Positions 38,497 through 46,366 of a stretch of 64,000 nucleotides of DNA are shown here, piece by piece. Made by a program: the position numbers and the translations under genes. Position 1 is the first letter of the stretch. Each line of letters begins with the position of its first letter. This DNA is from Deltaproteobacteria bacterium. Its GTDB lineage: Bacteria > Desulfobacterota > Binatia > Binatales > Binataceae. The stretch is from NCBI GenBank assembly GCA_021780755.1, contig JAJXYF010000005.1, positions 105,031 to 169,030 on the forward strand. Reading direction: 5' to 3'. The notes under the pieces are model-generated. The model saw only the letters and a list, made by a program, of their open reading frames with translations. It was not told the DNA's origin and did not search any database.

Positions 38497-38979
38497 TCAG
38501 CGGAGCGCGGGTTGGCCGCCGGGCGGATTTGACGGCTGCGTGCGGTAGCTTCGGTATTTAGGGACGGGCGGCAGAGCGTTGCTCGGGGCCCGGTAGGCGG
38601 TCGAGGCGGCGTCGGACTCCATCGCGTTCGGATTCGCCGGCAGGCTGAAGGGCATGAAGGTGTTGGGCGGCAGCAGGTCGGCGTTGGCGGTCTCGCCGAA
38701 ATACCGGATGTCGGTGTCGCCGCTCAGCATTGGGGCGAGTGGCGTGTCGGTCGCTGCGTGATGGAGCGGACGCGTGAGGCCCCATTCGAGGGCGTACCCG
38801 AAAGGCGCAAGGATATATGCGGCGATGCGCAGCGCCTGCCCATCCTCGACGTCGTTATAGGGCGGCGGCCCGTACTCGTCGTCGTAGCCGTACTCGAAGG
38901 AGTACTCGCTCTGCGCGTGCGCGAGACACGGCACCGTCAACGCGAGAAAGGTCAAGAGAAGGATCGCACCCCGGCTCAT
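38497..38979 (-). CDS. Hypothetical secreted protein
   Basis: The ATG at 38979 gives MSRGAILLLTFLALTVPCLAHA, a signal-peptide-like N-terminus with an AHA cleavage motif. The remainder is Pro/Tyr/Asp-rich with no recognised domain. Confidence 0.5.
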   Translation of the reverse strand: MSRGAILLLTFLALTVPCLAHAQSEYSFEYGYDDEYGPPPYNDVEDGQALRIAAYILAPFGYALEWGLTRPLHHAATDTPLAPMLSGDTDIRYFGETANADLLPPNTFMPFSLPANPNAMESDAASTAYRAPSNALPPVPKYRSYRTQPSNPPGGQPALR

Positions 38980-39158
38980 ATCGAAACTTTGTCCGCATCG
39001 CCGGGCGGTTGTCAATGGTTCGGGGCATCGAAGGGCGGCAAGTCACGCGCGGACGGGCGATTTGCACGCGCCGCTTTGATCGAACGGTGGGGGCGGGCGG
39101 ACGGCGTTGAGACGGCGCGCCCGCGGAAGGTGGCGGGCGCGCGGCATTGAGGTGCGCG

Positions 39159-39410
39159 TCAGAGCGAGGGGATGCGGTCGCCGCGAATGAGATGGATGGC
39201 GCCGACCAGGATGACCGCGCCCACTACCGCCATCGCGATAAAGCCGATGCTGCCGTGGGCTTGTACGCCCAGTTCGCCAAAGAGCCAATTGCCGATGACG
39301 GCGCCGATGAGGCCGAGCAGGATGTCGGCGAAGACGCCGTAGCCTTGGCCGTGCATGAGCTTGCCGGTCAGCCATCCGGCGATGAGTCCGGCAATCAGGA
39401 TTCGAAGCAC
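39159..39410 (-). CDS. GlsB/YeaQ/YmgE family (transglycosylase-associated) small membrane protein
   Basis: IIAGLIAGWLTGKLMHGQGYGVFADILLGLIGAVIGNWLFG is the canonical family sequence. Confidence 0.85.
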   Translation of the reverse strand: MLRILIAGLIAGWLTGKLMHGQGYGVFADILLGLIGAVIGNWLFGELGVQAHGSIGFIAMAVVGAVILVGAIHLIRGDRIPSL

Positions 39411-39494
39411 GCGGCCCTCCTTGGGATAATCGCGGGCAGATCAGGTGGCCGGGCGGCCAGAGCAACACATTTCACCGCAAATGAAGGGCGAAAA

Positions 39495-39510
39495 TGTTTC
39501 ACGTGAAACA
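39495..39510. promoter_or_regulatory. parS: parS centromere-like site (ParB binding site), perfect consensus
   Basis: TGTTTCACGTGAAACA is a perfect 16-bp palindrome identical to the conserved chromosomal parS consensus TGTTNCACGTGAAACA. It is embedded in a 30-nt near-perfect palindrome (39488-39517). Confidence 0.8.
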
Positions 39511-39539
39511 TCTTCGCCGAAATTTTGCGCTGAGAGAGG

Positions 39540-39659
39540 TTATTTCTTTTGTTCCATCGGCCCGCCGCAACACTTCAAGCCGCCGGCGCCGCCTTTGGTG
39601 ACGATCACCTGCGAACCGCATTTGCCGCAGATGTAAACTTTTCCGAGCTGGTTAGCCAT
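39540..39659 (-). CDS. Desulforedoxin-like mini-protein (Desulfoferrodoxin N-terminal FeS4-type domain), 39 aa; absent from the ORF track because of its size
   Basis: My manual reverse translation gives MANQLGKVYICGKCGSQVIVTKGGAGGLKCCGGPMEQKK. This has the C-x2-C ... CC spacing and the Y-x-C-x2-CG-x-x-V ... CCG-x-x-M pattern of desulforedoxin. AGGAG lies about 13 nt upstream of the ATG. Confidence 0.7.
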   Translation of the reverse strand: MANQLGKVYICGKCGSQVIVTKGGAGGLKCCGGPMEQKK

Positions 39660-39701
39660 TTTTGTCAGTGCTCCTAATCGCGTGCCTGGATTGAAGTCGG
39701 A

Positions 39702-40544
39702 CTATGCACCCTTGAAGAGCGGCTTGCGCTTTTCGAGGAAGGCGCGCACGCCTTCGGCACGGTCGGACGTGGTTTGTAGCAGGGCATACAAGTCCTCTTC
39801 AAGTCTAATACCCTGCTCGATGGTCATATCGTAGCCTTTGCGGACAGCCTCTTTGGCCATCCGGAGGCCCACGGGGCCACGGCTGGTGACGGTATCCAGC
39901 AGTTCGCGGGCGACGCGGTCGAGGTCGTCGCGGCCGTTGGCGAGATAGGTGACTAGCCCGAGGCGCATCGCGTCGCCGGCATTTAGCGGCGCGCCGGTCA
40001 GAATCATGCGCAGCGCGTGGGCGGGGCCGGCGAGGCGCGGCAGGCGCTGAGTGCCGCCGAAGCGCGGCAACTGGCCGCGGACGAGCTGGGTGAGGGCGAG
40101 GCGCGCCTCGACGGTGGCGGCGCGCAAATCGAGGCCCATCGCGAGTTCGAGGCCCTCGTCGGTAGCGTCGCCGTTGATGATGGCGACGGTCGGTTTCGAG
40201 AGCGTCGCCAGCGTTTCGACCAGGCGCGGATCGACGCCGTCATCGAAGCCGGCGCAGAAGACGGGACCGGCGCCGGTCAGCGCCAGGGCAAGGATGGAGT
40301 CATCGTCCTCGACGGTTTCCGCGAGGTCGATAAGCTCGCGGGCCATCGCATGAGTGACGCGATTATGCGCCTGCGGGCGTTGGAGCGTGGCGATCAGCGC
40401 GCCGCCGGCGAGTTCGATTTCGATCGCGCCGGTATCGGCGTGGGCGGGCCTGACCCCGGCCCCCTTCCCTTGCAGGGAAGGGGGGTTGCGGGAAAGCTCG
40501 CCGCGGGGGCGGCGCGGCTTAGGCGTCGCCTTTGTTTTGCGCAT
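39702..40544 (-). CDS. Enoyl-CoA hydratase/isomerase family protein
   Basis: LTGAGPVFCAGFD ... INGDATDEGLELAM ... EGVRAFLEKRKPLFKGA. The ATG at 40544 overlaps the fadD-like stop by about 26 nt. The track start at 40679 lies deep inside the upstream gene. No start codon exists between 40460 and the conserved core. Confidence 0.75.
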   Translation of the reverse strand: MRKTKATPKPRRPRGELSRNPPSLQGKGAGVRPAHADTGAIEIELAGGALIATLQRPQAHNRVTHAMARELIDLAETVEDDDSILALALTGAGPVFCAGFDDGVDPRLVETLATLSKPTVAIINGDATDEGLELAMGLDLRAATVEARLALTQLVRGQLPRFGGTQRLPRLAGPAHALRMILTGAPLNAGDAMRLGLVTYLANGRDDLDRVARELLDTVTSRGPVGLRMAKEAVRKGYDMTIEQGIRLEEDLYALLQTTSDRAEGVRAFLEKRKPLFKGA

Positions 40545-42069
40545 GCAACTCCTTGCGCAGGATTTTCCCGAGCGCGTTTTTGGGCAGCGCGTCGAGGAAC
40601 TCGATCTGCTCCGGCCGCTTGAAGCTGGCGAGGCGGGTCCGGCAGAACTCCTGGATATCTTTCGCATCGGCCTTTTCACCCGGACGCAGCACGACGTAAC
40701 CCTTAATCGTCTGACCCCATTCGACAGACGGCACGCCGATCACGGCGGCTTCGTCCACCGCCGGATGGCTCATCAGGACGGTTTCGATTTCGGCCGGCGC
40801 GATATTCTCACCGCCGCGAATAATCATGTCGTCCTTGCGGCCCGCAAAGAAAACATAACCCTCTTCGTCAACCCATCCGAGGTCGCCGGTCGCGCGCCAT
40901 CCGTCGGGCAGGGCGGAGTCGTCCTTGCGGCCGGCGTAGCCCTTCATGATGCGCGGGGTGCGGATGATGATCTCGCCGACTTCGCTGTGGGTGAGGAACT
41001 TGCCGTCGTCGTCACGCACCTTGATTTCGACGTCGGGCAGCGGTTTGCCGATCGAGTTGAGGCGTTTGAGCTTTTGTTCGATCTCGGCGGGGGTGCCGCC
41101 GATGCGATGGTCGTCGGGGCCGAGGATAGTCAGCGACGAGGTGGTTTCGGTCTGGCCGTAAGCGTTGACGAAGCCAATCGTTTTGGGGAAAGCCTCGATC
41201 GCGCGGCGGATGACCGCAATCGGCATCGCGGCGCCGCCGTAAGCGAGGTTGGTCATTTTGGAGAAATCGGTCTTGGCGAAATTGGGGTCGTCGAGCACCT
41301 GCTTCATCATGGTGGGCACGATGAAGGCGTGAGTGACGCTCTCTTTGACGACGAGATCGAGCCAGGTTTTGGGGTCGAACTGCGGCATCACGACCATTTT
41401 GCGGCCGGTCCACAGGTTGGTCATCATCGCGGTGGTACCGGCGATGTGGTAGAACGGCGCGCACACCAGGAAAGTGCCGCGTTCGGTGCCGTCGGCCATC
41501 TCGATGTTGGCGGTAACGTAGGCGGTGAAGTCGCGAAAGGAGAGCATCACGCCCTTGGGCAGCGAGGTGGTGCCGCTGGTGTACATCAACACCGAAACGT
41601 CTTCATCCTCGACTTCAGCCTCCTCCTCGTCGGGGTCGGCCTGCTTGACGAGATCGCTCAGGCGAGCCATCGAGCCGTCGCCCTCGCCGACGGCGATGCA
41701 GGGGACGTTGTTGAGCTGAGCGTGAATGCGCTTGACGAGATCGAGGTAACGATCGCCGACCAGCAGCAGCTTGGTCTCGGCGGTATTGATCATGTACTCG
41801 AGTTCGCCTTCCTTGGCGCGGTAGTTGAGCGGCAGGAAGGTGAGGCCGGCCTTGGCGGCGGCGTAGTAGGCGGCGACGTAGAGGTGCGAGTTGGTATCGA
41901 GGACGGCCACGACGTCGCGCTGTTTGAGGCCGAGCTTTTTGTACACGGTCGCGATGCGCGCGACCAGATCATTCAGTTCGGCGTAGGTCAGGCGATTTTG
42001 CCCGAAGACCAGCACTTCCTGATCGGGAACGATGGAACCGGGGATCGAGATGAAATTAACGGTGTTCAC
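40519..42069 (-). CDS. Long-chain fatty acid-CoA ligase (AMP-binding, FadD-like)
   Basis: MYTSGTTSLPKGV, YGQTETT, GDLGWVDEEGYVFFAGRKDDMI, and a C-terminal LGKILRKEL. Confidence 0.85.
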   Translation of the reverse strand: MNTVNFISIPGSIVPDQEVLVFGQNRLTYAELNDLVARIATVYKKLGLKQRDVVAVLDTNSHLYVAAYYAAAKAGLTFLPLNYRAKEGELEYMINTAETKLLLVGDRYLDLVKRIHAQLNNVPCIAVGEGDGSMARLSDLVKQADPDEEEAEVEDEDVSVLMYTSGTTSLPKGVMLSFRDFTAYVTANIEMADGTERGTFLVCAPFYHIAGTTAMMTNLWTGRKMVVMPQFDPKTWLDLVVKESVTHAFIVPTMMKQVLDDPNFAKTDFSKMTNLAYGGAAMPIAVIRRAIEAFPKTIGFVNAYGQTETTSSLTILGPDDHRIGGTPAEIEQKLKRLNSIGKPLPDVEIKVRDDDGKFLTHSEVGEIIIRTPRIMKGYAGRKDDSALPDGWRATGDLGWVDEEGYVFFAGRKDDMIIRGGENIAPAEIETVLMSHPAVDEAAVIGVPSVEWGQTIKGYVVLRPGEKADAKDIQEFCRTRLASFKRPEQIEFLDALPKNALGKILRKELHAQNKGDA

Positions 42070-42926
42070 GAAACTCTCCTCCTGCGCGGCCGTGGCCGAT
42101 CGGCGTCCGGGTTAAAGCCCGCCGCCGCAGAAATACGACTAAGGCGCATCGCCAGACGCTGCTCGAGTTCGAGGCCGTCGGCGAGCGACGAATTCAATCC
42201 ATCCCAGACCGCCAGCTTGGCGATCGCCGCATGCTCGCGCGGAAGGCGTCCGAGCCCGCAGGCCATCGCATGAGCGGTGCGGTTGAGTGCCTTGAGCGGC
42301 ACAACTTCGGCGACCAAACCTATAAACAAAGCCTGATCGGCGTCAATCCATCGGCCCGTCAAATTGAGATCAAGCGCCCATCCGAGGCCCAGGCGGCGCG
42401 GTGCGGTCTGGGTGCCGGCGACGCCCGGAATCATCCCGAGGCTGGTTTCGGGCAGGCACAGACGGGTGTTGTCGGCGGCAATTGCCACGTCGCACAACAG
42501 GGCCATCTCCAGACCGCCGCCGACGGTAAAGCCGTGGATGGCGGCGACCGACGGTATCGGCATCGCACGCAGCCGGCCCCATACGTCGCGCCGAAAGCGA
42601 ATCCATCGCGCGGCGACCGGCGATGGGGCCTGGCCAAATTCGCTGACGTCGCCGCCGGTCGAAAAGGAATCGCCGGCGCCCGCCAGAACGATCGCGCGGA
42701 TTTCGGAGTCGGCGTGCGCGGTATTGAGGGCGGCGAAGAGATCGTCGCGCATCGCGACGTTGTACGCGTTGAGGCGCTCGGGGCGATTGAGCGTGATCCA
42801 GGCTATGGCGTTGCGTTTTTCATAGATGACCGTGCCCTCACCCGCGCTCGCGGTGTGCGCGCGACCTGGCCCTGGACCAGGAGGGGTCTTGGAGGAGGAT
42901 CGCGCCGCCTTGGGACGCTTATTCAT
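42066..42926 (-). CDS. Enoyl-CoA hydratase/isomerase family protein
   Basis: ITLNRPERLNAY ... LAGAGDSFSTGGD ... IHGFTVGGGLEMAL. The stop overlaps the fadD-like start (ATGA). The start is either the ATG at 42926 or the track start at 42953. Confidence 0.8.
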   Translation of the reverse strand: MNKRPKAARSSSKTPPGPGPGRAHTASAGEGTVIYEKRNAIAWITLNRPERLNAYNVAMRDDLFAALNTAHADSEIRAIVLAGAGDSFSTGGDVSEFGQAPSPVAARWIRFRRDVWGRLRAMPIPSVAAIHGFTVGGGLEMALLCDVAIAADNTRLCLPETSLGMIPGVAGTQTAPRRLGLGWALDLNLTGRWIDADQALFIGLVAEVVPLKALNRTAHAMACGLGRLPREHAAIAKLAVWDGLNSSLADGLELEQRLAMRLSRISAAAGFNPDADRPRPRRRRVS

Positions 42927-43025
42927 CGGAGTCAAAAAGGTAAAAATCGTCAAGCTGAAAAGGAATCTAATCCGAATCGGGGAGAATACAAGTTGGCGGG
43001 GTCGCGGGGTATGGGAGATGAGGAA

Positions 43026-43115
43026 GTTGTCAAGGAACTTAGAGGATTTTGGTTTTCAGGAAACTGAAACCTTGTGAGGTTTCAGAAGGCTATAAGTTTT
43101 GAGCTCCTGGATAAC
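43026..43115 (+). repeat. TGAAACC-hairpin repeat family, copy f (short form)
   Basis: GTTGTCAAGGAACTTAG ... TTTTCAGGAAACTGAAACCTTGTGAGGTTTCAGAAGGCTATAAGTTTTGAGCTCC ... ATAAC, in the intergenic region downstream of the amidohydrolase gene. Confidence 0.8.
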
Positions 43116-43139
43116 TGGATTGTTCGCGGAGCGTTATCG

Positions 43140-44696
43140 TCACGGGGAGTTCAGGTTGGCGAGGTCGCTCTGCGCGATCCCGGGGCGGCCGCGTTCGTAG
43201 ATAGGGTGGCCGGCGACGATCGTGAGATCGACGGCGAGGTTCAGGATTTCGGCGGGCGTGAGGGTGAGTGGGTCGGCGGCGAGGACGATGAGGTCTGCCA
43301 GGCGGCCGGGCAGAATTTCGCCGGCGGCGAGGCGGCTTAAGCGCGCGGCGGAGCGCGTGAAGAGCTCAAAGGCCGTGGCGAGTGGGATTTTCTCAGTGGG
43401 TGCGAGTTCGTCGCCGTCGATCGACCGGCGCGACGCGGCGGCGGCGATGGCTATCAGGGGGCGGGCGGGTGTGACCGGAGCGTCGGTCGCGCCGGCGATC
43501 GGAATGCCGGCGTCGAGCAGGCTGCGCACGCGATAGAGCAAGGGTATCAGTCCGGGGTCGGCCGCGTATTTCGGGCCGCGGTAATGGATGAAGCCCGGAT
43601 TCGTGACGACCCATGCGCCGAGCGCCGCGATGCGTTCGGGGTAGCCGTCGGCGATCAGGCCGCCGTGCTCTATACGGCATACGGTGGCTTCGAGCGTGCG
43701 CGGATTGACGTTGCGGCGGGCGGACTGGATCGCGGCCAGGGCGGCGTCGAGTTCGTCGATTTCGGTCGCGTGGAAGGCGACGTCCAGACCCTGCGACAGC
43801 GCGCGGGCGACGCGGCGCGCGAGCGGCGCGGGCTCCTGTCGCGCGACGTCCATGAACTTGACTCCGGCGAGCCGCAGCCGGCCGGTATCGGCGGCCTTGC
43901 GGGCGGTCTCGATGAAGTCGAGATGCCCTTGCCCGATCATCACGGCGGCGCGCTGGCCAATAGCGCCGCTCGCGCTGAGGCGGGCGAAGGTCGCGAGGTC
44001 GTCAGCGCTGTTGCGCACCGTCGCGTCGGTGAACGCGGTGATGCCGCCGGCGGCCAGGTCGCGGCTGAAGGTGCGGGCGCGCGATTCGAGTTCGGCGGCG
44101 GTGACGCGCGGTAATCGCTCGGAGAGCCATTGGTCCATCCCGGCGACGAAACCGGTGAGGCGGCCGGCCGGGTCGCGCTCGAGCCATGCGCCGTCGGGCG
44201 GTTTGAAGTCGGGGGCCTCGAGTCCGAAGGCCGCTATTGCGCGTGAATTGAGCCATGAGGCGTGGAGCGTCTGATGGCGCAGGCGCAGCGGGTTGCGCGG
44301 GACCGAGCCGTCGAGTTCGGCGCGGGTGGGGCCGCGACGCTCACGGATGAGCGCCTCGTCGCAGCCGAAGGCCCGCAGCCAGTTGCCGGGTGGAGTCTTG
44401 CCGGCGGCCAGGCGCAAGTCGGCCAGCAGATCGCTGATGGCGCGGCAGCGCACCACGCTGAGGCCGGTCGCGACCGCAGCACCCTCCATGAAATGGAGGT
44501 GACAATCGATGAAACCGGGGGCGACGGTGCGCCCGGCGAGGCGAATCAGATGGGTCCGCGGACCGACCATCGCCTTCAAGTCGGCATAGGTGCCGTGGGC
44601 GAGGATGAGACCGTCGGCGACGGCGAGCGAGTCGCTGCCCGGATGGCCGGCGATGACGCCCTCGTGCAAGACCAGGTCGGCTTTTTCGACGGCCAT
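43140..44696 (-). CDS. Amidohydrolase family protein (YtcJ-like, Amidohydro_3)
   Basis: GFIDCHLHFMEG metal-binding motif near the N-terminus and a C-terminal GATDAPV region; about 518 aa. Confidence 0.8.
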   Translation of the reverse strand: MAVEKADLVLHEGVIAGHPGSDSLAVADGLILAHGTYADLKAMVGPRTHLIRLAGRTVAPGFIDCHLHFMEGAAVATGLSVVRCRAISDLLADLRLAAGKTPPGNWLRAFGCDEALIRERRGPTRAELDGSVPRNPLRLRHQTLHASWLNSRAIAAFGLEAPDFKPPDGAWLERDPAGRLTGFVAGMDQWLSERLPRVTAAELESRARTFSRDLAAGGITAFTDATVRNSADDLATFARLSASGAIGQRAAVMIGQGHLDFIETARKAADTGRLRLAGVKFMDVARQEPAPLARRVARALSQGLDVAFHATEIDELDAALAAIQSARRNVNPRTLEATVCRIEHGGLIADGYPERIAALGAWVVTNPGFIHYRGPKYAADPGLIPLLYRVRSLLDAGIPIAGATDAPVTPARPLIAIAAAASRRSIDGDELAPTEKIPLATAFELFTRSAARLSRLAAGEILPGRLADLIVLAADPLTLTPAEILNLAVDLTIVAGHPIYERGRPGIAQSDLANLNSP

Positions 44697-44729
44697 CGGC
44701 GCGGTATCCGTTGGAGAGAAAAGAAAGGC

Positions 44730-44806
44730 GTTGAGGAACTAGCTTTTCGGGGAACTGAAACCTCGATGAGGTGTTTCAGAAAATTACAGTTTTGAGTTCC
44801 CTTAAC
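44730..44806 (+). mobile_element. TGAAACC-hairpin repeat family, copy g: 77-bp MITE-like unit with terminal inverted repeats and a 5-bp direct flanking repeat
   Basis: Left end GTTGAGGAACT versus the reverse complement of the right end GTTAAGGGAACT (1 mismatch, 1 indel). Central hairpin CTGAAACCTC-GAT-GAGGTGTTTCAG. AAGGC occurs immediately before (44725-44729) and immediately after (44807-44811). Confidence 0.7.
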
Positions 44807-44832
44807 AAGGCTCCCCCGCTCCCGTCGATTGG

Positions 44833-44976
44833 CTAATCGGATGACGGGAGGGCTTTGGCCTCCTTGAGTTTCATATCGTGGTCGCAACATTCGAAGGTGC
44901 CCGTGCCGGCCTTGTTGCAGAGCACTTCGGTGCCGCAGGTATCGCACATGTAGCGTTTGCCCAAAACGTTAGCCAT
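44833..44976 (-). CDS. Desulforedoxin-like mini-protein, 47 aa (second paralog)
   Basis: MANVLGKRYMCDTCGTEVLCNKAGTGTFECCDHDMKLKEAKALPSSD has the same Cys pattern as the 39540..39659 product. GAGGAG lies upstream of the ATG at 44976. The longer track start at 45051 is unsupported. Confidence 0.7.
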   Translation of the reverse strand: MANVLGKRYMCDTCGTEVLCNKAGTGTFECCDHDMKLKEAKALPSSD

Positions 44977-45144
44977 TTTAAAAACTCCTCGGGAAGGCCT
45001 GTCTCTCGTGCCTTCTCCGCTAATCTTAGGAACGGTCGGCATCATTATCAATCTGGACGCAAGATGAAAGAGGGGGTGGGCGCGAATTGGTCGCGAAGTG
45101 CGGCGGAAATTTCGCGCGGGGTGACGCGAGCGTACAGCGGATGG

Positions 45145-46260
45145 TCACGCGAAGGGAAGGTCGCTGACGATCGCGATGAGGTTGCCGGCGGCCTCGGGGT
45201 TGGCGGCGGCGAGGATGACGGGGGTGCCGGCCGGCCATGCGCTGTGATGGAGAATCGAGAGGCCGATGACGCCGAAGCGCGGCGAATCGACGACGCTGGT
45301 CAGGCGGCCGACTTCTTTGCTGTCGAGGATCAGCGCGGCGCTAGCGGTGGGCATGCGATTGCCGGTGATGCGCAGGCCGTACAGTTTTTTCTTGAGGCCG
45401 CCGCGCGCGGTCGCCCGCTCGATGGTCTCCTGGCCGAGGTAGCATCCCTTGTTGTAGGAAATCGCGGATTCCAAGCGCGCCTCCAGCGCGATGGTCTTGT
45501 CGCCGGTGTCCAGGCCGATGCGGGCGATGCCGTGTTCGACGCGGACGATTTCGAGCGCGTCGGGACCGACGGGGGCGACGGTAGCTAGGCCGGCGCCGGC
45601 GGCGCGGTCGCGCAAGGAATCGATCATCATGGGAATACGGTCACGCTCGACGATTAGCGTGAAGGCGGATGCGCCGAAGCGCGGAAGATTGGCGACGCGG
45701 ACACCGGCGGCGTCGAGATGACGCCAGGGTGCGAGCGCCAGCGGCGCGTCGCCGACGACGGTCGCGATGACGCGGGCCGCCATCGGGCCTTCGACGTCGA
45801 TTACGCCAAGGGCGTCAAGTTCCTCGAACTCGACATCGTCGGCGACGAGGAATTTTTCGAGGTGCGCGCGGGTCTTCGGCCAGAGCGCGCGATCGATTTC
45901 GAGCATCAGCGAATCGGCGTCGGCATAAACGAAGAAGCCGGCGATGAGGTGGGCGTGCTCGGTCAGGATGAGGGCGGAGGAGACCGCGCCGGTGGCGAGG
46001 CCCTTGATGTCGTTGGTGCACATCCCGTGCATGAAGGGGATGCGGTCGTCGCCGGAGACGCGCACGAGCATACGGTCGGCGGGGATGGCGATGCCCGCCC
46101 CGGTCGCGATGGCGGCGTAATCGCGCGCGAGGTCGGCGCCGGAGTCGCGCGGCGTCGTGGCGGCGGCGTCTGCGGTGGAATTCGGGAGGCTCACGATAAC
46201 GCTAACACTTTTTTCGATTGCGAAGATGCGGATGTCGAAAAGATCAAAATACCGCTTCAA
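45145..46260 (-). CDS. ygfZ: Folate-binding protein YgfZ (GcvT-like aminomethyltransferase fold)
   Basis: VSGDDRIPFMHGMCTNDIKGL and the signature NKGCYLGQETIERA. The first ~22 codons are AT-rich and intergenic-looking, so an alternative GTG start at 46194 is possible. Confidence 0.75.
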   Translation of the reverse strand: MKRYFDLFDIRIFAIEKSVSVIVSLPNSTADAAATTPRDSGADLARDYAAIATGAGIAIPADRMLVRVSGDDRIPFMHGMCTNDIKGLATGAVSSALILTEHAHLIAGFFVYADADSLMLEIDRALWPKTRAHLEKFLVADDVEFEELDALGVIDVEGPMAARVIATVVGDAPLALAPWRHLDAAGVRVANLPRFGASAFTLIVERDRIPMMIDSLRDRAAGAGLATVAPVGPDALEIVRVEHGIARIGLDTGDKTIALEARLESAISYNKGCYLGQETIERATARGGLKKKLYGLRITGNRMPTASAALILDSKEVGRLTSVVDSPRFGVIGLSILHHSAWPAGTPVILAAANPEAAGNLIAIVSDLPFA

Positions 46261-46366
46261 AGGCTAACAGATGAAGAAGAGGCGCGACAACCACGGTCGT
46301 GCGGCGGTGGGAATCGCGCGTTCCAGTGGGCGGCGGGTTTGGGTTATACTTTTGGCCGGGATAACG

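Noticed and set aside
44812-44852. The hairpin CTCCCGTC ... GACGGGAG spanning the stop codon of the second desulforedoxin-like gene, as an intrinsic terminator.
   Set aside because: It has only an 8-bp stem with a 16-nt loop and no following T-tract on the coding (minus) strand. That is too weak to annotate.
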